DNA from: a virus
Virus record (IMG/VR): IMGVR_UViG_3300011763_000009
Location: 13,182-77,181 of that record
Strand: one strand, 5' to 3'
DNA length: 64,000 nt
Numbering within the stretch: the stretch's first letter is position 1; every line of letters begins with the position of its first letter. The translations under genes and the position numbers were made by a program. The notes under the pieces are model-generated. The model was given only the letters and a program-made list of their open reading frames with translations. It did not search any database and was not told where the DNA came from. Positions 45,753-54,191 of the stretch are shown piece by piece.

Positions 45753-46559
45753 ATGTCGAAGCCTACGACATCCCCGAAGAAATCCCGTTCCACCGCGCCC
45801 GCCGTCGATCTTGAGACCGTCAAGACGGATGGCACGCAGGATGATGCAGCCGTTACCACATCGGTTGCATCTGACCCGTCAGGTTTGAGAGCACCTGACG
45901 GGAACAATACCGGCCCGGCCGACGCCGATGGTTCTGCTGCTGACCAGGACCTCCCCGGCGAAGGGCACGCTCAGACCGGTGCGGATGCGGCCACCGCATC
46001 GGTCGACCTTTCCACCGAACCCTCCCAGGGCGTTGCGGACGGAGCCGGCGCGAATGCCGGTTCCGCTGCGCTTAAGGTCGAGGATATCGCCCATCTTAAC
46101 GAGACCCTCGCGCTGGCTGCGATCGGCGGCAAGCTGCTTGAGATCATCGTAGAAGTTGCGCGGGAATATCCCGAACTTCAGGATTGGATCGGCAGCGACG
46201 ATCCGGCAAGCATCGTGCGTGAGCTGGTCGAAGAAAACGCGATCCTGAAGGAAATCCGGGAGTACGCTAAAAAAGAGGATACCGGCCTGCAGGAGCATGC
46301 CGGCGACTACGCTTCCATGACCCGAGATGAATTCGAGCGCCGTTTCCCGCTGTCCTATGCGTTGTTGTCTCCGTTCACTGACTCCCTCTCCGCTAAATAC
46401 CCGCCCCTGCTGCGCGTCACCTCAAAGCGAGACGGCTTCCGTCGCGGCGGCATCGCTCATTCGTCCGGGCCGATCGATTATCGCCCTGCCGAGCTTTTGC
46501 CCGAGCAGCTGGAAGCGATCCTTGCCGAGCCGCTCCTAACGGTTGAGGTCATCGATTGA
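45753..46559 (+). CDS. HI1506-like protein with long acidic N-terminus
   Basis: C-terminal GFRRGGIAH..QLEAILAEP.L.V. Confidence 0.75.
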   Translation: MSKPTTSPKKSRSTAPAVDLETVKTDGTQDDAAVTTSVASDPSGLRAPDGNNTGPADADGSAADQDLPGEGHAQTGADAATASVDLSTEPSQGVADGAGANAGSAALKVEDIAHLNETLALAAIGGKLLEIIVEVAREYPELQDWIGSDDPASIVRELVEENAILKEIREYAKKEDTGLQEHAGDYASMTRDEFERRFPLSYALLSPFTDSLSAKYPPLLRVTSKRDGFRRGGIAHSSGPIDYRPAELLPEQLEAILAEPLLTVEVID

Positions 46560-46987
46560 CCTACGTCACGCAACAGGACCTGATCGACCGTTTCGGCGAA
46601 AAAGAACTGATCGAACTGACGGACCGCGTCAACAAGCCGGTTTCAACGATCAATCCTGTTGTCGTCGAGCGCGCCATTTCCGACGCCTCCGCCCTCATCG
46701 ACGGCTACCTGAAAAAGGTCCTCAAACTGCCTTTGAGCGTCGTTCCACCGGTGCTTACGAAGAACGCGGCCGATATCGCCCGCTATTATCTTCACGGCAA
46801 GGCGGCGGAAAAGGATAGCCCGGTCACCCGCGCCTATAACGAGGCGATCGGTTTCCTGCGTGATGTGTCTCGCGGCCTGGTCGAACTGACGGACGGTGGA
46901 GAAACGCCGGCGCCGGCAGGTGGCGGCTCGGTTCGGGCGTCTGCGCCTGGTCGTGTCTTCACCCGTGACAGCCTGAAGGATTTCTGA
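46556..46987 (+). CDS. Mu gp36-like head-tail adaptor (DUF1320)
   Basis: Y.TQQDLIDRFG, DASALIDGYL, DIARYYL. Confidence 0.88.
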   Translation: MTYVTQQDLIDRFGEKELIELTDRVNKPVSTINPVVVERAISDASALIDGYLKKVLKLPLSVVPPVLTKNAADIARYYLHGKAAEKDSPVTRAYNEAIGFLRDVSRGLVELTDGGETPAPAGGGSVRASAPGRVFTRDSLKDF

Positions 46988-47550
46988 TGACAGGCTCGGC
47001 CATCTATCTCGATGACGAACTGACGCCGGTTCTCTCGCGGATCGGCCTTGCTGTCGCGCATCCCGGCGAACTGACATCGGCCTTTGCCGCGTACCTGGTC
47101 TTTTCGACACAACGCCGGTTTGAACTGGAGACGGGTCCAGACGGGCAGAAGTGGCAGGCGCTCGCCCGTCGCACGCAGTTGAAGAAAATACGCGGCCGGC
47201 AGCGCGGCGCGAACAACATCCTGCGGGTGACTACCGCGCTTTATCGCAGTGTCGTCGGGCACTCCGATGATCGGTCCGCTTCTGTCGGTTCGAACCTTGT
47301 TTATGCCCGTGTCCACCAGGAAGGCGGGCAAATCCAGATGTACGCCCGTAGCCAACGGGCATCGCTGGCGAAAATACGCGGCAAGTCGCGGTTCGTGACA
47401 CGCGGGAAGAAGGGCTCGGTCGAGAAGAAAATCACGATCGGCGAACACACCATCGCCGTTCCGGCACGCCCGTACCTTGGTTTTTCTGCCGAGGATCGCA
47501 CACGGCTTGTCGAGATCGGTCAGGATTTTCTGGAAGGTCAAGCACGATGA
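46987..47550 (+). CDS. Virion morphogenesis protein (Mu gpG-like)
   Basis: RF..ETGPDG.KW, VGSN..YARVHQ.GG, PARPYLG. Confidence 0.88.
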   Translation: MTGSAIYLDDELTPVLSRIGLAVAHPGELTSAFAAYLVFSTQRRFELETGPDGQKWQALARRTQLKKIRGRQRGANNILRVTTALYRSVVGHSDDRSASVGSNLVYARVHQEGGQIQMYARSQRASLAKIRGKSRFVTRGKKGSVEKKITIGEHTIAVPARPYLGFSAEDRTRLVEIGQDFLEGQAR

Positions 47551-47963
47551 TCGATTCAATTCTCGCCCGTCTCCTGGAAGACGACACGCCCTTTGCGATC
47601 GGCGGCGATGCGGCCGAACTCGCGGACGTGAAGGATCGGCCGAACAATCTTCCTGCCGTCTATGTCTACGTCTCGCACGAAAAGTCCGCGCCAAATCAGC
47701 ACGTCAACATTGTTCGCCAGCGCACGGCCTTCGATGTCGCGGTCGTGATTGTCACCGAGAACTTGTCGCGAGGCGACAACGGCGCGGCGCGAGGCGACAT
47801 CGAGGCGCTAAAGGCCTTTGTGCGCGGTCAGCTGCTCGGTTTCCTGCCGGCAGGCGCATCCGATCCGCTTGAACATGTCGAGGGCGAAATTCAACAGGCG
47901 CTGAACGGTGTCGTCTGGTTCGAGGACGTGTTCACCAGCGCCTACTACCAGGAGGCACAATAA
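47547..47963 (+). CDS. Tail terminator (gp37-like)
   Basis: Position; PAVYV motif. Confidence 0.7.
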   Translation: MIDSILARLLEDDTPFAIGGDAAELADVKDRPNNLPAVYVYVSHEKSAPNQHVNIVRQRTAFDVAVVIVTENLSRGDNGAARGDIEALKAFVRGQLLGFLPAGASDPLEHVEGEIQQALNGVVWFEDVFTSAYYQEAQ

Positions 47964-48133
47964 TGGACGGCCAGGGTGGCTCATACATCCGCAATGAGGA
48001 CGGCTCCCTGACTTTGGTGAGCCGTACCGAACAGAAACAGACCGAAGCCGGCTTAAGCGAAGCTGCCGCTGAAGAGGTCCGCACGAACGTCACCGGTACC
48101 GGCCGGAAACCGAAGGGAAACAACAATGGCTAA
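47963..48133 (+). CDS. Small protein (GGSY motif)
   Basis: MDGQGGSYIRNEDG...; GGAGG RBS; not in the ORF track. Confidence 0.6.
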   Translation: MDGQGGSYIRNEDGSLTLVSRTEQKQTEAGLSEAAAEEVRTNVTGTGRKPKGNNNG

Positions 48134-49058
48134 GCGTTACTGGCGAAATCGATCGCTCCTGGTGAAACCCGAGGCAACCTATGGCGTGGACGCTGTACCG
48201 ACCGGCCTCGCCAACGCGATGCTTGGCACGAATGTGAGCCTTGAGCCGCTGCTCGGCGAAGATTTGAGCCGTGACCTGGTCCTGCCTTACATGGGCCATC
48301 AGGGCATCATTCTCGATGGCAACTATGCCCGTCTTTCTTACGAGATCGAGATTGCCGGTTCCGGTGTCGCAGGCACAGCCCCGGCGTTCGGCCCGGCGTT
48401 GCGCTCCTGCGGTTGGCAGGAAATCGTGACGGCCGGTCAGAAAGTCGAATACAAACCGGTCTCGAAGCTGTTCGAGAGCACCACGCATTATTTCAACATC
48501 GACGGCGTCAATCACGTTCTGGTCGGCACGCGTGGCACCATGACGTTTGGACTGACACCGCGCCAGATTCCGCGTTTTGTCTTCACCATGACCGGTTTGA
48601 TCGGGACGATTGCTGACACCGCGTTGCCTGCCGTCGATGTCACCAAATTCATCGCGCCACTTCCCGTCAACAAGGCGAATACAGCTTTCTCCCTGTTCGG
48701 TTACGCCGGCGCCTGTGAGGGCATTACCTTCGATCTGGCAAACCAGATCGAGCCGCGCATGCTCATCAACTCTGAATCGATCGAGCAGACCGACCGCCAG
48801 ATGACGGGTAGCGCGATCATGGAAGCCACGCACCTTGCCGACAAGAACTGGTTCCAGATCGCCCGTGCCCACACCAAGGGCGTCCTCTCTGCGCAGCAGG
48901 GCACGGTCGCAGGTAACATCGTCAAGTTCGATGCGCCTGCCGTCCAGATCGGCCGCCCCACCTACGGCGAAACGCAGCGCATCATGAACAACACGTTGCC
49001 GCTGATGTTTACGCCCACCTCGGCAGGCAATGACGAGATCCTGCTCACCTTCCAGTGA
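48126..49058 (+). CDS. Major tail tube protein (siphovirus type)
   Basis: K.E.TYG.D..P N-terminus; no sheath gene in the cluster. Confidence 0.8.
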   Translation: MAKRYWRNRSLLVKPEATYGVDAVPTGLANAMLGTNVSLEPLLGEDLSRDLVLPYMGHQGIILDGNYARLSYEIEIAGSGVAGTAPAFGPALRSCGWQEIVTAGQKVEYKPVSKLFESTTHYFNIDGVNHVLVGTRGTMTFGLTPRQIPRFVFTMTGLIGTIADTALPAVDVTKFIAPLPVNKANTAFSLFGYAGACEGITFDLANQIEPRMLINSESIEQTDRQMTGSAIMEATHLADKNWFQIARAHTKGVLSAQQGTVAGNIVKFDAPAVQIGRPTYGETQRIMNNTLPLMFTPTSAGNDEILLTFQ

Positions 49059-49070
49059 GGACCGGAGCCG

Positions 49071-49259
49071 ATGCGCATTTATTGCACCTATTGCGGCTCC
49101 CAGCTCCACACCTTCGAAGCGTGCCCGAAAACATGGAACGGCAGCGCAACGCGGCTTCATCTGCGGTGCGCCTATTGCGGCTCAAACAAACACAATTACG
49201 AGGCCTGCCCGAAAATCCGGAGCCAACCGGCCGAGGGCGGCATCATCATCCGGGACTGA
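49071..49259 (+). CDS. Double CCHC zinc-knuckle microprotein
   Basis: CTYCGSQLHTFEAC and CAYCGSNKHNYEAC; GGAG RBS. Confidence 0.75.
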   Translation: MRIYCTYCGSQLHTFEACPKTWNGSATRLHLRCAYCGSNKHNYEACPKIRSQPAEGGIIIRD

Positions 49260-49294
49260 CATTGCGCCTTTGAGGCGCGCTTAAGGGAACTCAA

Positions 49295-49717
49295 ATGGCC
49301 TTCAAACTCTCTCAGGAACTTACCTTCCCCTGGCCCGTAAAAGTGATCGAGCCGAACCCGCACGTTCCCGGAAAACTGCTCGAACAGGAGTTCATCGCGC
49401 AGTTCGCACTGATCTCGCCAGATCGCGCCAAAGCGAGAGATGCAGAGCGCCTTGCCATTCTTGAGCAGGTCAAACCCGAGACCGAGGGAGAGGAGCTGCG
49501 TAGGATCAATGATGATCTTGCCGCCCACGACTTCAAATCCCTGACCGACGTGTTGCGTGGCTGGGATGGTGTCTTTGACGACTATAACAACGCCATTCCC
49601 TTCAATCCGGAAACGGTCGAAATCGTCTGCGCCCACACCCGTGTGAAAAACGCACTTATCCGCGCCTACCGGGAATCCATCTCCGAAGACAAGGCCCGCC
49701 TGGGAAACTCGAATTAG
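49295..49717 (+). CDS. Tail assembly chaperone (gpG-like)
   Basis: F.WPV.V..GW.GV.D..PF; ends at a slippery site. Confidence 0.8.
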   Translation: MAFKLSQELTFPWPVKVIEPNPHVPGKLLEQEFIAQFALISPDRAKARDAERLAILEQVKPETEGEELRRINDDLAAHDFKSLTDVLRGWDGVFDDYNNAIPFNPETVEIVCAHTRVKNALIRAYRESISEDKARLGNSN

Positions 49718-50073
49718 TCGCTACGGCCTGGGCGCATGCCCGCCTCGGCCGTGCCGACAGAAGCAAACCCGTCGCCATCGATGACGACGCCCGCAAGCAG
49801 TTCGAAAAGATGGGCGTTCGTTTCACCGCCGCACCTGATGTTGAGGAAGATATCCAGATCATGCCCACCGCTTGGGATAGCTACATCGCCTTCCGCGCCT
49901 GCGAAACGCAGTGGCGCATGGCTATTGGCATGTCCGGAGTGATCTGGCTTGGCCTCGATTATCCTGCCTGCCGTCTCGTCCTCGATGACATCGCCGCGCC
50001 GGCGCATGTTTTCGCCGATCTCCGTTACATGGAAGGTGTCGCGATGCGCGTTCTCAACGAGGTGGATGGCTGA
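49702..50073 (+). CDS. Tail chaperone gpT part (DUF1799-like), probably made by -1 frameshift
   Basis: G GGA AAC at 49702; -1 frame open into TQWR..GLDY..ME. Confidence 0.75.
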   Translation, partial: GKLELVATAWAHARLGRADRSKPVAIDDDARKQFEKMGVRFTAAPDVEEDIQIMPTAWDSYIAFRACETQWRMAIGMSGVIWLGLDYPACRLVLDDIAAPAHVFADLRYMEGVAMRVLNEVDG

Positions 50074-52493
50074 TGGCTGACCCATTGAGAATTTCCGCCC
50101 GTATCGAGATCGATCCGAGCAAGGCGCAACAGGGTGCCGCCGAGGCCAGCAAGGCCGTATCCTCGATAGGTACTGCGGCCGATCAGACCGCCGAGCAGCT
50201 GGAAAAACTGAACCGGGCTGCCGGTGAAGGTCTCCGGACGCCTCTGGGTGGAAGCGGTACCGGCGCTGAACTGGACCGCCTGCGCGCCAAGTACAATCCG
50301 CTCTATGCGGTCATCATGCAGTACAAACAGGCGCAGTTGGAAATCCGCAGCGCTCACGCTGCCGGCGCACTCTCCGCCGATGAGATGACCGCAGCGATTG
50401 ATCGTAGCCGTCGATCGACGCTTGCCAGCATCGACGCGATCAAGGGTCGCAACAAGGCGATCGCGGACACGCCCGTTGTTGCCAAAGCCAATACCGGCGT
50501 CAGGGGGGTTGAGACTGCCAACATCGCCGCGCAGTTTCAGGATATCGGCGTGACGGCAGCAATGGGGATGTCACCGCTTCAGATCGCACTCCAGCAGGGC
50601 ACGCAGCTGTCAGCGATTATATCGGGGATGCAGAACCCAATTCGTGGCCTCGCGGCCGCCTTCATGTCTGTCGTGTCCCCTGTTTCCCTCATAACAATCG
50701 GCACGATCGCCGCTGGCACCGCTGCTATCCAATACTTCGCGACCATCTTTTCGGAAGGCGAAAAATCCAACAAGGTTCTTGAGGAACAGGCAGAGTTGGT
50801 GAGCAACGTTGTTCGCCAATGGGGCGATACTGTTCCCGCTCTCAAGGCTTATTCGGAAGCGCTAAAATCCGCAAAAGATGCGCAGGAACTTCTTAAGGCT
50901 ACTGATCAAACAGCGGGCCAACAGTGGGACTTCGCCCGCAAGCAGGTATCCGATCTCAATGTCCAGTTCGCGGATCTGATGGCTACGCTTCAGATGGCCG
51001 GCGCTGGCAATGATCTATTGAGCGGCCTTCAGAATTCCTGGAACAACGTCAGCAAGGGCATCCGTGAAGGTAAAGCAAACACCGAGGCCATGAAGACCGT
51101 TCAGGATAGCCTCGCGTCTGCGATGCAGACTACCGGCGTATCCGCCGTCGATGCCTTTGCAAAATCTTTCGCAGGGCTATCCGAGACGATAGCTGGTGCT
51201 TCACGGCAGGCAAACATTTTTCGCGAACAGGCTTTGCAGGCGCTTCTGACCGGTCAAAACGGTCCGAACCTAAACCAGCTTTCGCCCCTTTTCACCGAAA
51301 ACGGAAAGTTCGTTTCCGGCAAAGATTTCACGCCTGCAAACCCGCCTGTACCGGAAAAGCGGCCTCTCATCGAATTGTCTTATCTGCCCGGCGAAGAGAA
51401 GCAACTGAAATCAGCCGCGCGGTCGGCAACCTCCGCAGCCAACGCCTATCGTGATCTCATCAAGTCAGCCGATGACCGAGTTGCCCAGATGAAACTTGAG
51501 GCTGAACTTGCGGGACAGACCGGCGTTGCATCTGACGCTCTGCGCTTCAAGCTCGATCTGCTTCAGCAGTCCGAGGAGAAGGGCCGCTCGCTTTCCGCCG
51601 CACAGGTCGAGGCGATTAACAGCCGCGTTGAAGCCTTCAAGAAATATGCCGAGGCGGCGGCTTCCGCCAAGCTGAAGGCCGACTTGCTGTTTGAGCGCGA
51701 GCAGCTCGGCCGCTCCGCGATCGACCAGCAGATTGCCGGTGGGCTTCGATCTTCCGGCCTGCCGGTCGATTTCAACAGCTACGAGGCCGGTCTCCTCCGG
51801 ACAAACCTTCAGCTTCAATATGCCCGCGATCTGGCCGGTGATTTCACATCGACCTTCTTTGACGGACTGCGCCAGGGCGAAAGCGTCTGGGATGCCTTCG
51901 GCAACGCCGGTGTGAAAGCGCTCCAGCGGATTGCCGACACGCTCATGAACGATGTTTTGAACAGCATGTTCAGCGTTTCCAGCGCATCGAGCGGTTCGGG
52001 CGGCGGTCTTTTCAGCGGGTTGCTTGGCGGTCTCGGCAGTCTGTTCGGTGGCAAGGGTGCGTTCCCATCCGCTCCGGGCGGTCTCTATGCCAAGGGCGGC
52101 ACCTTCCTTGATGGCATCAGCGGCCATTCCAACCAGGTCGTGAACAGGCCGACGCTGTTTGCTTTTGCCAATGGCACCGGCCTGATGGGCGAAGCCGGTC
52201 CCGAAGCGATCATGCCGCTCACCCGTGACGCTTCCGGCCGCCTTGGCGTTTCTGCCGATGTATCGCCCCTGATGTCGCAAAAGCAGGCTGGCAGTGTCAG
52301 CACCGGCGCGCAGCGCATCGAGCTTGCGATCAAGCTTGGCCTGTCAGTCGATGACAGCGGCAACATCATTCCGATCGTCAAGAAGGTCGTTGCCGAGGAC
52401 GCGCCCGACATCGCGCTAAGCATTGTCGAGACCTATGACAGCAATCTGCCGAACCGCATGGCGCAGATCGACAGCGATCCGAGGTTGCGCTGA
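50073..52493 (+). CDS. Tape measure protein
   Basis: LRAKYNPL, AQFQDI..LQQGTQ, MGEAGPEAIMPL. Confidence 0.92.
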   Translation: MADPLRISARIEIDPSKAQQGAAEASKAVSSIGTAADQTAEQLEKLNRAAGEGLRTPLGGSGTGAELDRLRAKYNPLYAVIMQYKQAQLEIRSAHAAGALSADEMTAAIDRSRRSTLASIDAIKGRNKAIADTPVVAKANTGVRGVETANIAAQFQDIGVTAAMGMSPLQIALQQGTQLSAIISGMQNPIRGLAAAFMSVVSPVSLITIGTIAAGTAAIQYFATIFSEGEKSNKVLEEQAELVSNVVRQWGDTVPALKAYSEALKSAKDAQELLKATDQTAGQQWDFARKQVSDLNVQFADLMATLQMAGAGNDLLSGLQNSWNNVSKGIREGKANTEAMKTVQDSLASAMQTTGVSAVDAFAKSFAGLSETIAGASRQANIFREQALQALLTGQNGPNLNQLSPLFTENGKFVSGKDFTPANPPVPEKRPLIELSYLPGEEKQLKSAARSATSAANAYRDLIKSADDRVAQMKLEAELAGQTGVASDALRFKLDLLQQSEEKGRSLSAAQVEAINSRVEAFKKYAEAAASAKLKADLLFEREQLGRSAIDQQIAGGLRSSGLPVDFNSYEAGLLRTNLQLQYARDLAGDFTSTFFDGLRQGESVWDAFGNAGVKALQRIADTLMNDVLNSMFSVSSASSGSGGGLFSGLLGGLGSLFGGKGAFPSAPGGLYAKGGTFLDGISGHSNQVVNRPTLFAFANGTGLMGEAGPEAIMPLTRDASGRLGVSADVSPLMSQKQAGSVSTGAQRIELAIKLGLSVDDSGNIIPIVKKVVAEDAPDIALSIVETYDSNLPNRMAQIDSDPRLR

Positions 52494-53143
52494 TGGTCGC
52501 CCCGCTTTCCCTTGCCCGTATCAACGACATCCTGCCGATCGAAACCGTCGAATGGGACATCCAGCGCAACGACGAACTGTCTGGTGACGGTAACGGCGAT
52601 CTCTGGCAGGCCGAACTGGCGGACCCGTTCTGGCGGGCGACCGTCACGCTCGGCCGTGGCCTGCATGCGGAGCTGAAAAGAATTGCTGCCCGCATCCGGG
52701 CGCTGGAAGGTGCAAAGCAGTCTTTCCTGCTGGTCGACCCCTTGTCACCGTTCCCGGCCGCCGATCCGAAAGGCACGATTGTTGCCGGCGCGACCGTTAA
52801 AATCCGCGCCACGGGCAACCGCTATCTCGCCCAGGTAAACGGCCTGCCAGCGAACTACGTTCTGACCGAAGGCGATAAAATGCAGATCGTCTACGGCACG
52901 CAGGAAGCGCCGCGATACGCCTTTGTCGAAGTGTCCCAGGACGTGATCGGCACGGCGGGCGGCATTGCCGACATCCGCGTGTTTCCGCGCCTGCCCATGA
53001 CGCTCGCCATCGGCGCTCCCGTCACGCTCGCCCGCCCGGCCTGCGCCATGATCATTCAGCCCACCACCCACAAGCCCGGAACCGCCCGCCGATCGGTGAC
53101 AGAGGGCGCGGCCTTTACCGCACTTCAGAAGAAGAGGAGCTGA
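52493..53143 (+). CDS. Distal tail protein (putative)
   Basis: Directly after the tape measure gene. Confidence 0.65.
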   Translation: MVAPLSLARINDILPIETVEWDIQRNDELSGDGNGDLWQAELADPFWRATVTLGRGLHAELKRIAARIRALEGAKQSFLLVDPLSPFPAADPKGTIVAGATVKIRATGNRYLAQVNGLPANYVLTEGDKMQIVYGTQEAPRYAFVEVSQDVIGTAGGIADIRVFPRLPMTLAIGAPVTLARPACAMIIQPTTHKPGTARRSVTEGAAFTALQKKRS

Positions 53144-53144
53144 C

Positions 53145-53768
53145 GTGAGAAACCAACCATTCGAAATCACCGAGATCCTCAACAATGTGAAGGACGACAG
53201 CCTGATCGACCGGAAGGCGGTCTGGATCGTCGCCAAGAACCGGCAGACCGGCCTCAAGGAAGGTCTTGGCGTCTGGAGCGGTGACGAGGATCTCGGCCTG
53301 ACCGTCATCGAGGGCGAGAACGGCACGACCGTGACGCGGCCCTATTATGGCGGTGGCAACCTGCTTTCGATCGGCGATATCCCGCGTGTTTCGGATTTCA
53401 CAATCCAGACCGTGGCGATCGATCTGTCGAAGATCGCCGATATCGCCCGCAAGGTCACCCGCGAATATGACGTGCACCGCGCTTACGTCGAGATCCACGA
53501 CATCACCTTGCGTCCGGACACCGGCATGCCGGCAGTGCCTGAAGAACCGGTTTTCATCGGCATCGTTGACGGCGCCCCCGGTAAGACTCCGCGTGTTGGC
53601 GGGCAGGGAAAAGCCACGCTGAAGATCGTTTCGGAAGTCATGCGCATGCTCGGGCGCACAAATCCGGAAAAGTCTTCCTATGAGGCGCAGCGCCTGCGCG
53701 ACAATGACGAATTCTTCCTCTACGCCGGCCAGATCGACAGCTGGGAAGTTCCGTGGGGGGCGAAATGA
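53145..53768 (+). CDS. Tail tip/hub protein (putative)
   Basis: Position; ends D.FF.Y..WG. Confidence 0.65.
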   Translation: MRNQPFEITEILNNVKDDSLIDRKAVWIVAKNRQTGLKEGLGVWSGDEDLGLTVIEGENGTTVTRPYYGGGNLLSIGDIPRVSDFTIQTVAIDLSKIADIARKVTREYDVHRAYVEIHDITLRPDTGMPAVPEEPVFIGIVDGAPGKTPRVGGQGKATLKIVSEVMRMLGRTNPEKSSYEAQRLRDNDEFFLYAGQIDSWEVPWGAK

Positions 53769-54190
53769 TCGCGCTCACCCGCCTGCCGGACTGGAGACGG
53801 CAATTCGAAACCGCGATCGACGATATCAAGGCCAAGCCGTTTGCCTGGTACGATCACGATTGCGGCCCCGGCCTTGCCGGCCGTCTCGTCAAGGCACAGA
53901 CCGGTGTTGACGTGGCGGGCTTCGTCGTCGGTCGTTACCACGACGCCGCCAGCGCTGCCCGATTGATCCGCGATCTCGGTTTCGAAACACTCGGCGAACT
54001 GGTCGCATCGATGCTGCCGGTCATCCATCCGAGCGAGGCCCGCGTGGGCGATATCGCGGCCATCGATGTCGGCGGGCCGATCGGCCATGCGCTCGGCGTC
54101 GTCAACGGCGAACGCATCTTTGTTCTCGGCGAAACGGGCATCGGCACGGTCGATCTGCTCAAGGCCGCCATGTGTTTCAAGGTGGGTTAG
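53765..54190 (+). CDS. NlpC/P60-like tail assembly protein
   Basis: PFAWYDHDC..GD.A..ALGV. Confidence 0.75.
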   Translation: MIALTRLPDWRRQFETAIDDIKAKPFAWYDHDCGPGLAGRLVKAQTGVDVAGFVVGRYHDAASAARLIRDLGFETLGELVASMLPVIHPSEARVGDIAAIDVGGPIGHALGVVNGERIFVLGETGIGTVDLLKAAMCFKVG

Positions 54191-54191
54191 A

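Noticed and set aside
40603..49160. Long minus-strand ORFs over head and tail genes
   Set aside because: Antisense shadows of well-supported structural genes
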